Shown one piece after another: positions 9,164 through 17,831 of a DNA stretch of 31,006 bases (its first letter is position 1; each line of letters starts with the position of its first letter). A program made the translations under genes and the position numbers. The stretch comes from Gammaproteobacteria bacterium (GTDB taxonomy: Bacteria > Pseudomonadota > Gammaproteobacteria > GCA-001735895), in the NCBI GenBank assembly GCA_050298595.1, contig JBNKUM010000005.1:1-31006 (forward strand), given 5' to 3'. The notes below the pieces were generated by a model, which made no database searches, was not told the origin of the DNA, and saw nothing but the letters and a program-made list of their open reading frames with translations.

Positions 9164-9410
9164 CAGGAAAGTTAAAATAAACCCACATTAGCTTTGTGGG
9201 AAATTCATTTTGAAAAAGGAGTAAAAATCTATTTTTTTAAATTTTGGGAATTATTTCCCTTTCACTTATCTTGATGTAAGACTAAAATCCTTCAGATTTG
9301 AATCATCAAACTTGCAGGGTTATGCCCCATCATGGCGCATAAATAGAAATGATTCGATTAATATACAAATAATTATCTATTAACATTTGCAGGGTGAAAG
9401 TGAGCTTATA

Positions 9411-12400
9411 ATGCTAGTAAAAGCGCTATCTAGAAAGTTATCAGGCTATTTTGTCACATTTTTGTTTATCGCAACAGTTGCTGGCTGTGGCGGTGGTGGT
9501 GACTCAACTGGAAAAACGCCAGAGTCTCCTATTCCTGGTAATACTGTTCTTATTGAAGCTAAAACTGCTGGTGGGGTTATGTCTGCCAGGGTAAATGAAA
9601 CGGTATATCTAGACGGCAGTAAATCCTATATTTCATCTAATCAACCTAGCTTTACTTCAACGAATGCTGGACTTATTTACAGCTGGTCATTTTCTCATGT
9701 TCCTGAGGGTAGTGCTGCTACTTTAGAGGGTGCAACGAGTGTTAACTCAAGTTTTGTAGCTGATGTTGCAGGTGATTACCTTGTTCAACTTATCGTTTCT
9801 GCAAATGGATATACCAGTAAACGTACTGTACAACTCATTGTTGCCACAGAAGCAGGCGATAGATTTCCGGTTGGCCCTTATTCGGGGCATCTGGGGCTAT
9901 CTTCAAATTGTGAACAGTGCCATATGGGCAATAAAACATTTGTTGATGTGAATGGGGTTATTAAAACGATAAGGGGTAAGTCGGCTACTCATGTTGCAAC
10001 CTCTCAACTTTGCGAAACCTGCCATACAACCAGAGGTTTTGCTATTCCGGTTAAAACCGATCATGCCGAAGTTTTTGGGAACTGTAGTGAATGTCATGAT
10101 GGTGTAAAGGCTACTGGTAAATCTGAGTTCCATCAGGTTACCCAGCTCGATTGTAATCAGTGCCACAATACCATCAGCTTTTTGGAGCTAAACCCTGATG
10201 GCACTTATGATCATTCAAATATAACTCGCGCCTGCGCGGGTTGTCATGATGGTAAGATTGCCAGGGGTAAGCATGATACGCATATAGATACCGTAACCGA
10301 TTGCGGATTCTGCCACACCACTGTCGATTTTAAGAACGCCTATCCTGACCATACTGGCCCAGAGGTGGTTGGAAAAGCATGTGCTAGTTGCCATAACGGT
10401 ACAGATGCGAAAGATAGTGCCGGTTTTCATCCAGATATGAGCGTAGATTGCGCGGTCTGTCATACAGTGATCAAGTTCAATTCTGGCGGCGTTTTCGATC
10501 ACACAGTTATTGGTGTAAATCCATTTCTGCCAGCCTGTTCAGAATGTCACGCTGTGAGTAATAACATTGGTGCGATCGGTAAGTCTGTAAATCATCCAGT
10601 TACTTCTGATGTCTGTAGCGATTGCCATAACACGGTATCTTTTGCTGACGTGACAAATTTTGATCATGGCACGCTAGCCTCTGGTAAGCGCTGTGATGAT
10701 TGCCATGGAAATACAACTGCAGTAACTCCAGATATCCCCGCTAGTGGCTTATCGGCTAACCATATTGCCACGAATGGCACTGATTGCGGTGTTTGCCACA
10801 CACCAGGAACTTTTACCACTGGTATTTTTGATCACGCTACAATCGGTACAGCCAGGTGTGATTCCTGTCATGACGGAAGTATCAGCAAAGGCGTTTCACT
10901 TCATCATATACCGACTAATGGTGCGGATTGTAATGGCTGTCATGGTAATACAGACAGTTTTGCTACTGCAGTTGTAATGGATCATGCTCTGGTTGATGTC
11001 AGTGTCTGTAGCGCCTGTCATGATGGCGATATCAGTTCCGGTAAGCCCAATAATCACGTGCCCACAAAGGCGCTGGATTGCAAGGACTGTCATTATGATT
11101 TTGACTCCTTTGCGCTTACTACATTCGATCATGCTGCAATAGAAGCTAATGATTGTGCTTCCTGTCATGATGCCGGTTTCGCGACACCTAAATCGACAAA
11201 TCATATTCCTTCAGTGAGCGAGTGTAGTGTTTGCCATACTGATACCAGTGTAGGAGGATTCAAGAATAATAACTTTAGGGCAGCTGTGCATGACAGTCTG
11301 ACTACGGGTTGTGAAGGTTGCCATATAAGCACATTCTTCCCTGATAATTCGGCAGCGTATAAATCAGCGACTCATCTACCAACCACTCAGGATTGTTATC
11401 TGTGTCATAGTGCAGCGGCTGCTGATTTTACGACTTCAATATTCAGTCACCAGGGGATCTCTAGCAACTGTGTTTCCTGTCATAATGGTAGCGCGAATAA
11501 TGTGGCGGCAAATGCTGTGGGTGAGCCCAACGATTCCGTGCATACTGGAATCGATGGAGATTGTTCAATCTGTCACAATACTGTTGCATGGGCACCTCAG
11601 GATGTGGATCATACCCGATCAGACGTTTTGAGTGTGCGCTGTGATTCCTGTCATAACGGTAATTTCGAGCCGGGTATTCCGGGTAAAAATCAGGGCCATA
11701 CAGCCACTTCCAGCGATTGCTCGGTGTGTCATAAGACAACAACTTTTGTGGGTGGTATGGTTGACCATTCCAGCCCGCAGGTTACCAGTGTGCGTTGTGA
11801 TTCCTGTCATAACGGTACCGATGCGACTGGCGTTTCTGATCATCCAACCAACAAACATATTCCAACCACTGATGATTGCGGTGCCTGCCACAAAGCGGGA
11901 GGCTCTTTCAAGCCATCAACGTTTGCGCATGTAGGTGTGACGAATAATTGTGAGACTTGCCATAATGGTAATTTCGTTGACAGTGGTGCAGCAGGTAAAA
12001 ATGCTGGTCACGTGACGACGTCGAGTGATTGTTCCGTTTGTCATAATACCGAGGATTTTTCCGTAGCTCGGTTTGATCATAGTACCGTCTCTTCAACGAC
12101 CCGTTGCGACTCCTGTCATAACGGTACTACAGCTGCGGCAAAAGAACCGCCAGTGGGGCATGTACCGACTAACCAGGATTGCCGAGACTGTCACCAGACA
12201 ACGGGATTCAAGCCTGCTATTTTTGCCCATACAGGCATAGTTGATAATTGCTCATCCTGTCATGATGCGGGCTACGCAACTCCAAAGTCATCAGGACATA
12301 TTACTACCAGTCTGGATTGTGGTGTCTGTCATTCCGGTTTTGATACTTTCAAAGGTGCAACCTTTGATCACAGTACGGTCTCTTCAAGTACCCGATGTGA

Positions 12401-12929
12401 CTCCTGCCATGATGGTAGTACTGCGAAGGGTAAGGCTGATGCGGTACCTGCTCATTTGGCAACAAATCTGGATTGTCGTTCCTGTCATACCACGGCTACG
12501 TTTAAAGGCGGTACCTGGGAGCACGATGCATCTGCATCTGGGCGTTGCGACGAGTGTCACAGTAGCGGTAATGGAGCAACACCTAAATCATCGGGGCATA
12601 TTAATACCACCGCTCAATGTGATGATTGTCATACTACAAGTGGATGGGGGTTTGATCATCCTTTGTCAATCCCAGGGTTAGGTGGTAGTGGTCCATACAA
12701 CCCACTCGACCATCGGAAGCCCCTGAGCTGTACGGACTGCCATGGCAATACCATAACCCCCATCATTCCCAATAATGAATGGTCGAATACAAACTATAAG
12801 CCTTACTGCGCAGGTTGTCATGACCGTGACTATGATACGGGTGAGAGAAGGCATAGAGGCATCGATGCTGACAAAGATTGTTATGGTTCATGCCATGAGC
12901 ATAGGATCAGCAGTGGTGGATTCGACTAG
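9411..12929 (+). CDS. Giant multiheme c-type cytochrome lipoprotein (38 CXXCH + 1 CX3CH) with N-terminal PKD-like domain
   Basis: Lipoprotein signal ending VAG-C-GGGG (ATG 9411 is more plausible than TTG 9387). PKD-like 'VYLDGSKS...YSWSF...P.GS.ATL...SFVADVAGDYLVQLIVS'. Heme motifs counted manually in the translation. Confidence 0.93.
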   Translation: MLVKALSRKLSGYFVTFLFIATVAGCGGGGDSTGKTPESPIPGNTVLIEAKTAGGVMSARVNETVYLDGSKSYISSNQPSFTSTNAGLIYSWSFSHVPEGSAATLEGATSVNSSFVADVAGDYLVQLIVSANGYTSKRTVQLIVATEAGDRFPVGPYSGHLGLSSNCEQCHMGNKTFVDVNGVIKTIRGKSATHVATSQLCETCHTTRGFAIPVKTDHAEVFGNCSECHDGVKATGKSEFHQVTQLDCNQCHNTISFLELNPDGTYDHSNITRACAGCHDGKIARGKHDTHIDTVTDCGFCHTTVDFKNAYPDHTGPEVVGKACASCHNGTDAKDSAGFHPDMSVDCAVCHTVIKFNSGGVFDHTVIGVNPFLPACSECHAVSNNIGAIGKSVNHPVTSDVCSDCHNTVSFADVTNFDHGTLASGKRCDDCHGNTTAVTPDIPASGLSANHIATNGTDCGVCHTPGTFTTGIFDHATIGTARCDSCHDGSISKGVSLHHIPTNGADCNGCHGNTDSFATAVVMDHALVDVSVCSACHDGDISSGKPNNHVPTKALDCKDCHYDFDSFALTTFDHAAIEANDCASCHDAGFATPKSTNHIPSVSECSVCHTDTSVGGFKNNNFRAAVHDSLTTGCEGCHISTFFPDNSAAYKSATHLPTTQDCYLCHSAAAADFTTSIFSHQGISSNCVSCHNGSANNVAANAVGEPNDSVHTGIDGDCSICHNTVAWAPQDVDHTRSDVLSVRCDSCHNGNFEPGIPGKNQGHTATSSDCSVCHKTTTFVGGMVDHSSPQVTSVRCDSCHNGTDATGVSDHPTNKHIPTTDDCGACHKAGGSFKPSTFAHVGVTNNCETCHNGNFVDSGAAGKNAGHVTTSSDCSVCHNTEDFSVARFDHSTVSSTTRCDSCHNGTTAAAKEPPVGHVPTNQDCRDCHQTTGFKPAIFAHTGIVDNCSSCHDAGYATPKSSGHITTSLDCGVCHSGFDTFKGATFDHSTVSSSTRCDSCHDGSTAKGKADAVPAHLATNLDCRSCHTTATFKGGTWEHDASASGRCDECHSSGNGATPKSSGHINTTAQCDDCHTTSGWGFDHPLSIPGLGGSGPYNPLDHRKPLSCTDCHGNTITPIIPNNEWSNTNYKPYCAGCHDRDYDTGERRHRGIDADKDCYGSCHEHRISSGGFD

Positions 12930-13000
12930 TGTAGTGCTCTAAATTAAACTCGTATTAAGAAAGCGCAGTCAGGGGGGCGCAGCAAGGCGCAACTCGTAGG
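12927..13000 (+). repeat. Partial ERIC/Correia-like MITE arm
   Basis: Begins at the TAG stop of the cytochrome gene. Contains gcagCAAGGCGcaac (12983-12989), the same core as the elements at 16220 (reverse strand) and 17822. Confidence 0.4.
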
Positions 13001-13052
13001 TAGGAGTGATACAGGGATGCGCCGTTTACGAGGAAAGAGAGGCTTTCATGCA

Positions 13053-13283
13053 TCACACGAGGCGAGTCATCACTGGAAGCGCCATGGCATGGCTTGGGAT
13101 GCGAACGATAACATCGTCCCGATCCGACAGGATATGATGGCCTTTTTCACAGGCGCAAAAATAGAGTTGCAACAGGGTAGCCAGGTTCATCACCAGAAAA
13201 ATACTGGTAATCCACGCCACAGAGGTATCCGCACGCCTGGCCCGGATGTAATTCAGTCGATAGCTATTCTTGCCCTGGCCAAA
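13053..13283 (-). pseudogene. IS5-family transposase C-terminal remnant
   Basis: The minus strand reads *FGQGKNSYRLNYIRARRADTSVAWITSIFLVMNL. This matches the remembered IS5-type DDE C-terminus (EGKFGQGK.GY.L..I.A....TS..WI..I.LVMNL). An in-frame TAG sits at the expected Lys and no upstream portion is present. Confidence 0.75.
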
Positions 13284-13300
13284 CTATTCGGCCTAGAGTG

Positions 13301-13331
13301 TGGCTATCATCCATTATTAGGGTGATAGCCA
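13301..13331. other. 12-bp inverted repeat/hairpin at the edge of the IS remnant
   Basis: tggctatcatcc-attatta-gggtgatagcca (one G-U/mismatch). Confidence 0.6.
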
Positions 13332-13518
13332 GAATTTGATTCTTGTTGATAGGTCCTGGTTTAATCTGTTATTCTTCATCGCTGCTAGCGTAGGATGTGC
13401 TATTGTATAGACAATCCCCTGTGACCTTGCTCACTCATCATTTATAAAATAATATCTTCCAAAAGTTTTGCTTAAAAACTTTTAATTATTTACTATTTTC
13501 TTATCAGCTTATTAACTA

Positions 13519-15924
13519 TTGTCAGCTCAACTTGTTTTACTAATTGAGCGTGTTGTGAGTTTTTTTAAACCCAATAATTTTTTTCATCTTTTCATTCTTG
13601 TTTTGCTGTCATTCAGTTTGACTGCCTGTGGCGGCGGTTCTGGCGGCTCCGGCGGTACAGTAACTCCAGATGTCAGCCTCGATTCAATTCAAGTGATCCC
13701 ACAAAATGTAGAGCTTGCGAGTGGTGTGCAGCAGTCATTTCAGGCAATTGGTAATTATTCTGATGGCAGTACAAAGGATCTTAGCAAGCAGGTTGAGTGG
13801 CTAAGTAGCGATACTCAGGTTGCGCAAGTAACTGCGGCTGTCGCGGTGAGTAATGCGGCTGGCACAGCAACCATATCGGCTACATTGAATGGAGTGTCTG
13901 GTCAGGCTAGTTTGAGTGTGAATAGTGAGATACTCCAGAGCATTGAAATTATTGTGAATAATCCGAATCTACCGGTTGGCTTAAGCAGCTCAATAACTGT
14001 TCTGGGATTCTACAGCGATCAAACTATTAGAGATGTCACTGAGCTTGCTAGCTTGCAGGTTGATGACGCTTCGCTGGTATCGATTGATTCTACAACGGCT
14101 ATGGTTCAGGCGATTGCGATTGGTCATACGACTATTAGGGCAGACGTATCAGGTATTCAGGATGAAATGGCTCTGCAGGTGAATGACGCGGTACTCAGCA
14201 AGATAAAAATTTCACCTGAGAATTCTACTATTGCAGCCGGATATAAACAGCAATTTACTGCTACAGGCATCTACAATAATCAATCCTCCTGGGATTTGAC
14301 AGGGTTAGTAACCTGGGATTCCAGTGATGAGCTTATCGCTGAAGTAGACAATCAATTGCAGACGAAAGGAGAAGTAACTGCGATCAAAAAAGGTAGCGCG
14401 ATACTTTCGGCCCATTTTGACGAAAAGAGTGCATCCACCAATTTAATGGTGAACGATGCTACGTTAGTGAGTATCGAAGTGACACCGGCTAGTAGAACAG
14501 TCGCCGTGGGCTTACAGCTACAGTTTGAAGCTATTGCGCTGTATTCCGATGGATCACAGAAAGTAGTCACCGATCAGGTCGAGTGGAGTAGTGATAGTCA
14601 AATTGCATCTTTGGTCAGTAGCAATAACCCTGGCCGGTTCAAGACTAACAGTCCGGGCGATGTATTACTGATTGCGAAACTCAATAACAAGCAGGGGTTC
14701 ACCAACCTGAAGATTAGCGATGCTACGCTCGACAGCCTGAATGTAGTAGCTGTAACTGATAAGCAAGCATTGGGCACATCGCAAAAATTGACTGCCAACG
14801 CTAAATTTTCGGATGGTAGTGAGGTAGATGTGACTGATCAGGTGAGCTGGGTCAGTACGGATGCGACTGTAGCCCATGTGAGCAATGCAGCCGGTGACAG
14901 GGGGCTGGTTACAGCCCTGTCCACGGGTACGGTGAGTATTTCAGCACATATGGAATCGATATCATCCAGCCAGACGCTAGAGGTTACTGAAGGCATTTTG
15001 CAGCAGATTCAACTGTCTTCTTCCTCTGAGGATCCTTTATATATCAACCAGCAGCGATCTTTGGACGCTGTTGGGATCTATTCAGACGGTAGCCAGCAAA
15101 ATCTCACACAGCAGGTGCAGTGGATGAGTTCTGACGACCAAATTATTGCTGTGAGTACTGCCAGCGAATCGCCAGGTTTACTGACAGCTTTATCCGCTGG
15201 TTCAGCCAGCGTTAGCGCCAGTTTTGCCGGCGTTACCGCGAGCGAGCTGTCATTTCAGGTTATTGATAACCCAGATTATCCAGCATCGATTAGCCTGTCG
15301 GCGAGTCCGAATGTGATTCTCAATGATGGAGCAGATTCAACAACCCTGCAGGCTACAGTAAAGCCTTTGCAGACAAGTGGAGCTATCGAAGATGGTACTG
15401 TCGTAAATTTTATTATTCTGGAAAATGGAGTTACACGTAACGATACTGCGACTACGATTGATGGAGTTGCCAGTGTCAGGCTGACATCGGTAGACGTTGG
15501 GTCTATTCTCGTAACAGCCGAGGTTGTTGATACCGATATCAACGCAACAACCACTGTCAATAGTACCGACAACTTCGCCCGTGCCCTGCTGATAGGAAAG
15601 TCTGCCGAAGTCATTATGTCGAGTGATAAGTCTACCTATCAGCCCGGTAGCAAATTCTTTTTGTATTTGCGTAATCTGTCGAACAGGGACTTCAATATAC
15701 TGGCCTTTTTGGCCAGGCTTGACGGTGTTGATTTCCCCGACTCTCCTATAAAGGATGCTAGCTATCTGAGTGAAGGTGTACTGGAAGGCGGTGAGTATAC
15801 CAGTGCTGGGTATCAACTGGATCAAGTAGTTACAGCCGATAAAGTTATTAGTACTGGCTACATCCTGTCTGATTCGGCAACGAATAAAGTATTCTTTTTT
15901 ACAGTGGATTATACAGTGCCATAA
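13519..15924 (+). CDS. Ig-repeat surface lipoprotein: six Big_2 domains, one Big_1/invasin-like domain and a unique C-terminal domain
   Basis: Lipobox LTA-C-GGGSGGSGG. Six repeats of 'L.SI.V.P........QF.A.G.YSDGS..D[LV]T.QV.W.SSD..[IV]A.V'. Then 'ASISLSASPNVILNDGADSTTLQATV' (Big_1-like). Start uncertain (TTG 13519 or GTG near 13555). Confidence 0.9.
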   Translation: MSAQLVLLIERVVSFFKPNNFFHLFILVLLSFSLTACGGGSGGSGGTVTPDVSLDSIQVIPQNVELASGVQQSFQAIGNYSDGSTKDLSKQVEWLSSDTQVAQVTAAVAVSNAAGTATISATLNGVSGQASLSVNSEILQSIEIIVNNPNLPVGLSSSITVLGFYSDQTIRDVTELASLQVDDASLVSIDSTTAMVQAIAIGHTTIRADVSGIQDEMALQVNDAVLSKIKISPENSTIAAGYKQQFTATGIYNNQSSWDLTGLVTWDSSDELIAEVDNQLQTKGEVTAIKKGSAILSAHFDEKSASTNLMVNDATLVSIEVTPASRTVAVGLQLQFEAIALYSDGSQKVVTDQVEWSSDSQIASLVSSNNPGRFKTNSPGDVLLIAKLNNKQGFTNLKISDATLDSLNVVAVTDKQALGTSQKLTANAKFSDGSEVDVTDQVSWVSTDATVAHVSNAAGDRGLVTALSTGTVSISAHMESISSSQTLEVTEGILQQIQLSSSSEDPLYINQQRSLDAVGIYSDGSQQNLTQQVQWMSSDDQIIAVSTASESPGLLTALSAGSASVSASFAGVTASELSFQVIDNPDYPASISLSASPNVILNDGADSTTLQATVKPLQTSGAIEDGTVVNFIILENGVTRNDTATTIDGVASVRLTSVDVGSILVTAEVVDTDINATTTVNSTDNFARALLIGKSAEVIMSSDKSTYQPGSKFFLYLRNLSNRDFNILAFLARLDGVDFPDSPIKDASYLSEGVLEGGEYTSAGYQLDQVVTADKVISTGYILSDSATNKVFFFTVDYTVP

Positions 15925-16288
15925 TCCTGGATTCCGCAGTTGACCACTCGTATTAGTGGGTAACCCTCGTTATGTAAACGATCATGATCAGTTTGTATTT
16001 TTACGCCCCTATGCATCGATGCTGAAAACCCAACAGGTGAATCCCACTACGAGCTGAATTGCACGATTGGGCGGCGTATCTCTGCGTTGCCTATAGGGAC
16101 ATAGGTAAGGGGCGTAAGCAGGACGCGGAAGCCTTGCCTATAGGGACATAGGTAAGGGGCGTAAGCAGGACGCGGAAGCTTTATAACTCCAGGGAATAGC
16201 CCGCTATTCCGCGTCGTCACGCCTTGATCTACACCACCGCAAACGCACACTTCAACTCATCCAACTGCGGAATCCAGGATAATGGTAC
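15916..16288. repeat. 27-bp inverted repeats (15916-15942 and 16262-16288) bracketing a repeat-rich intergenic block
   Basis: gtgccataatcctggattccgcagttg versus the reverse complement gtaccattatcctggattccgcagttg: 25/27 identical with a 19-bp perfect core. Confidence 0.85.
16048..16261 (-). mobile_element. ERIC/Correia-like stem-loop MITE containing a tandem 46-bp duplication
   Basis: Imperfect ~30-bp terminal arms (gagctgaattgcacgattgggcggcgta / tacaccaccgcaaacgcacacttcaactc). Minus-strand CAAGGCG...GCAACGCAG motifs. Internal hairpin ggaatagc-cc-gctattcc (16193-16210). Exact 46-bp copies at 16087-16132 and 16134-16179. Confidence 0.6.
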
Positions 16289-16525
16289 ACCAGATATTGA
16301 ATGCACCGGCAAATATATAGTCAACCTTGATAATATTAATGCTGAAGATGGTCAATATTTTCCTGCTCAGTGAGGGGGGTGGGTAACAGATACTGATAAA
16401 AAATAATCTTGCCTGTTTTTTAAAGTAAAAGTTGATCCAGGTTGTAGATAATGAGTAAGGTTTCATAAAATTTTAACTTCTAGAGGGATACAATAGGACA
16501 TTGGCCAAAAAGAAGGGGGGGAGTT

Positions 16526-16990
16526 ATGGATTATGAAGCTACAGAATTTGTGATTTCTGAACGTGATTTTCAGCTAAAGCGCCTGGAAGAAATCAGATCT
16601 GCGCTAGCAGATGCCCGGGAAACCGGTAACTGGACCAGGGTACCTGCAGATGTATATAGGCAATACCTGACAAAAGTGATTCTTACTGCTGCATCAACAG
16701 TCATTGAAAGACCTGTCATCTCACAAATAGATTTTGTCTCGGCAGAAACCATCTTTACTACGGAAATGCCGGGCTTAGGCGAGAATGAAAGACTTGAAAA
16801 AATTGTTGAGCAGGACTTCCAGAATGCGAAGCAGAAAGTTATGCAGCTTTTAAGGGCTCAGGCCCTACGCTGCAATGCCGAAGCTATCACCGATGTTAAG
16901 CTGAGTCACACCTTGATTGATTCACAGGACAGGAAAAAACGGTTTTTAATCGTTGCTACAGGTACTGCAGTACATTTGAAGGCTGTCTAA
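16526..16990 (+). CDS. YbjQ/UPF0145 (putative heavy-metal-binding) family protein with N-terminal extension
   Basis: C-terminal 'AKQKVMQLLRAQALRCNAEAITDVKL...LIVATGTAVHLK' is the YbjQ signature. Purine-rich RBS upstream. Confidence 0.75.
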   Translation: MDYEATEFVISERDFQLKRLEEIRSALADARETGNWTRVPADVYRQYLTKVILTAASTVIERPVISQIDFVSAETIFTTEMPGLGENERLEKIVEQDFQNAKQKVMQLLRAQALRCNAEAITDVKLSHTLIDSQDRKKRFLIVATGTAVHLKAV

Positions 16991-17120
16991 CTAAGATATA
17001 AAACATATTAATGTTTATCAAATGCTGGCGTACAGGGGTAAGGGAAAATTTATTCATTGAATAATTAGTTTCAATTTGAGACTATTCATTTTTCTCAACA
17101 ATAACCTGGAATTTCTATCA

Positions 17121-17768
17121 ATGTCTCAAATGAGCAGTTCAGAGTATTCTACAGGTGAAGAAATAGCCCATACCATTACCCATGGTATTGGTGTTTTGTT
17201 AAGTATTGCGGGACTCGCAGTACTGGTGGCTTTTGCAACACTGAATGGAAATGTCTGGCATATAGTTAGCAGTAGTATTTATGGTGCCAGCCTGGTTATT
17301 CTTTATAGCGCATCTTCTCTATATCACGGTATACCTAATCCCCGTGCCAAGTCGGTGTTACAGCAACTGGACCATGCGGCGATCTATGTTTTGATCGCAG
17401 GGACTTATACCCCCTTTCTGCTGGTCAGTTTACGTGGAGTCTGGGGCTGGTCTTTGTTTGGGGTGATCTGGTCAATCGCAATTATTGGTATAGTTATTGA
17501 GTTTATCAATGCGTCGCATCTGAAGAAGTTATCGCTTGGTCTTTATCTGGGGCTAGGATGGATAGTTGTTGTAGCCATTAAACCCATGCTGACTCAGGTT
17601 GAAACCGGTGGGCTACTTTTGCTGTTATTAGGCGGCTTAAGTTATTCGTTTGGGGTAATTTTTTATATTCGTGACAAGATGCCCTTTAATCATGCCGTCT
17701 GGCACCTGTTTGTTCTTGCGGGTAGCGTATTGCACTACTTTTCAGTGTTATTCTTCGTCATTCCATAG
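17121..17768 (+). CDS. trhA: Hemolysin III / PAQR family membrane protein (TrhA/YqfA-like)
   Basis: EEIAHTITHGIG, SSLYH, LDHAAIYVLIAGTYTP and HAVWHLFVL motifs; multiple TM helices. ATG 17121 preferred over the track start. Confidence 0.88.
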   Translation: MSQMSSSEYSTGEEIAHTITHGIGVLLSIAGLAVLVAFATLNGNVWHIVSSSIYGASLVILYSASSLYHGIPNPRAKSVLQQLDHAAIYVLIAGTYTPFLLVSLRGVWGWSLFGVIWSIAIIGIVIEFINASHLKKLSLGLYLGLGWIVVVAIKPMLTQVETGGLLLLLLGGLSYSFGVIFYIRDKMPFNHAVWHLFVLAGSVLHYFSVLFFVIP

Positions 17769-17831
17769 GGCACCTCTGATCAATTATGTTATGTTTCTGC
17801 GAGATCTGAAGCATACAGATTCAAGGCGCGC
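17766..17831 (+). repeat. Partial MITE arm abutting the DUF302 truncation
   Basis: Starts at the trhA TAG stop (tagggcacctctgatcaatta...) and ends with agattCAAGGCGcgc exactly where DUF302 homology stops. Confidence 0.45.

Noticed and set aside
13017-13325. 102-aa plus-strand ORF
   Set aside because: It is the antisense shadow of the IS5 transposase remnant and has no recognisable motif.
9164-13518. c-di-GMP or SAM riboswitch upstream of megL, the cytochrome or the adhesin
   Set aside because: I could not see conserved riboswitch motifs by eye. An Infernal/Rfam scan would be needed to exclude them.
16087-16179. Two identical 46-bp repeats as a mini CRISPR array
   Set aside because: The copies are 1 bp apart with no spacer, there are only two, and no cas genes are present.
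16047-16466. Minus-strand ORFs 16047-16250 and 16257-16466
   Set aside because: The first reads through the repeat element. The second has no recognisable features and may be decayed sequence.
4280-16521. Homopolymers (A8 at 4280, T7 tracts near 13560-13584, G7 at 16515) as phase-variation switches
   Set aside because: They are short, reading frames are intact, and such runs are expected at this composition.
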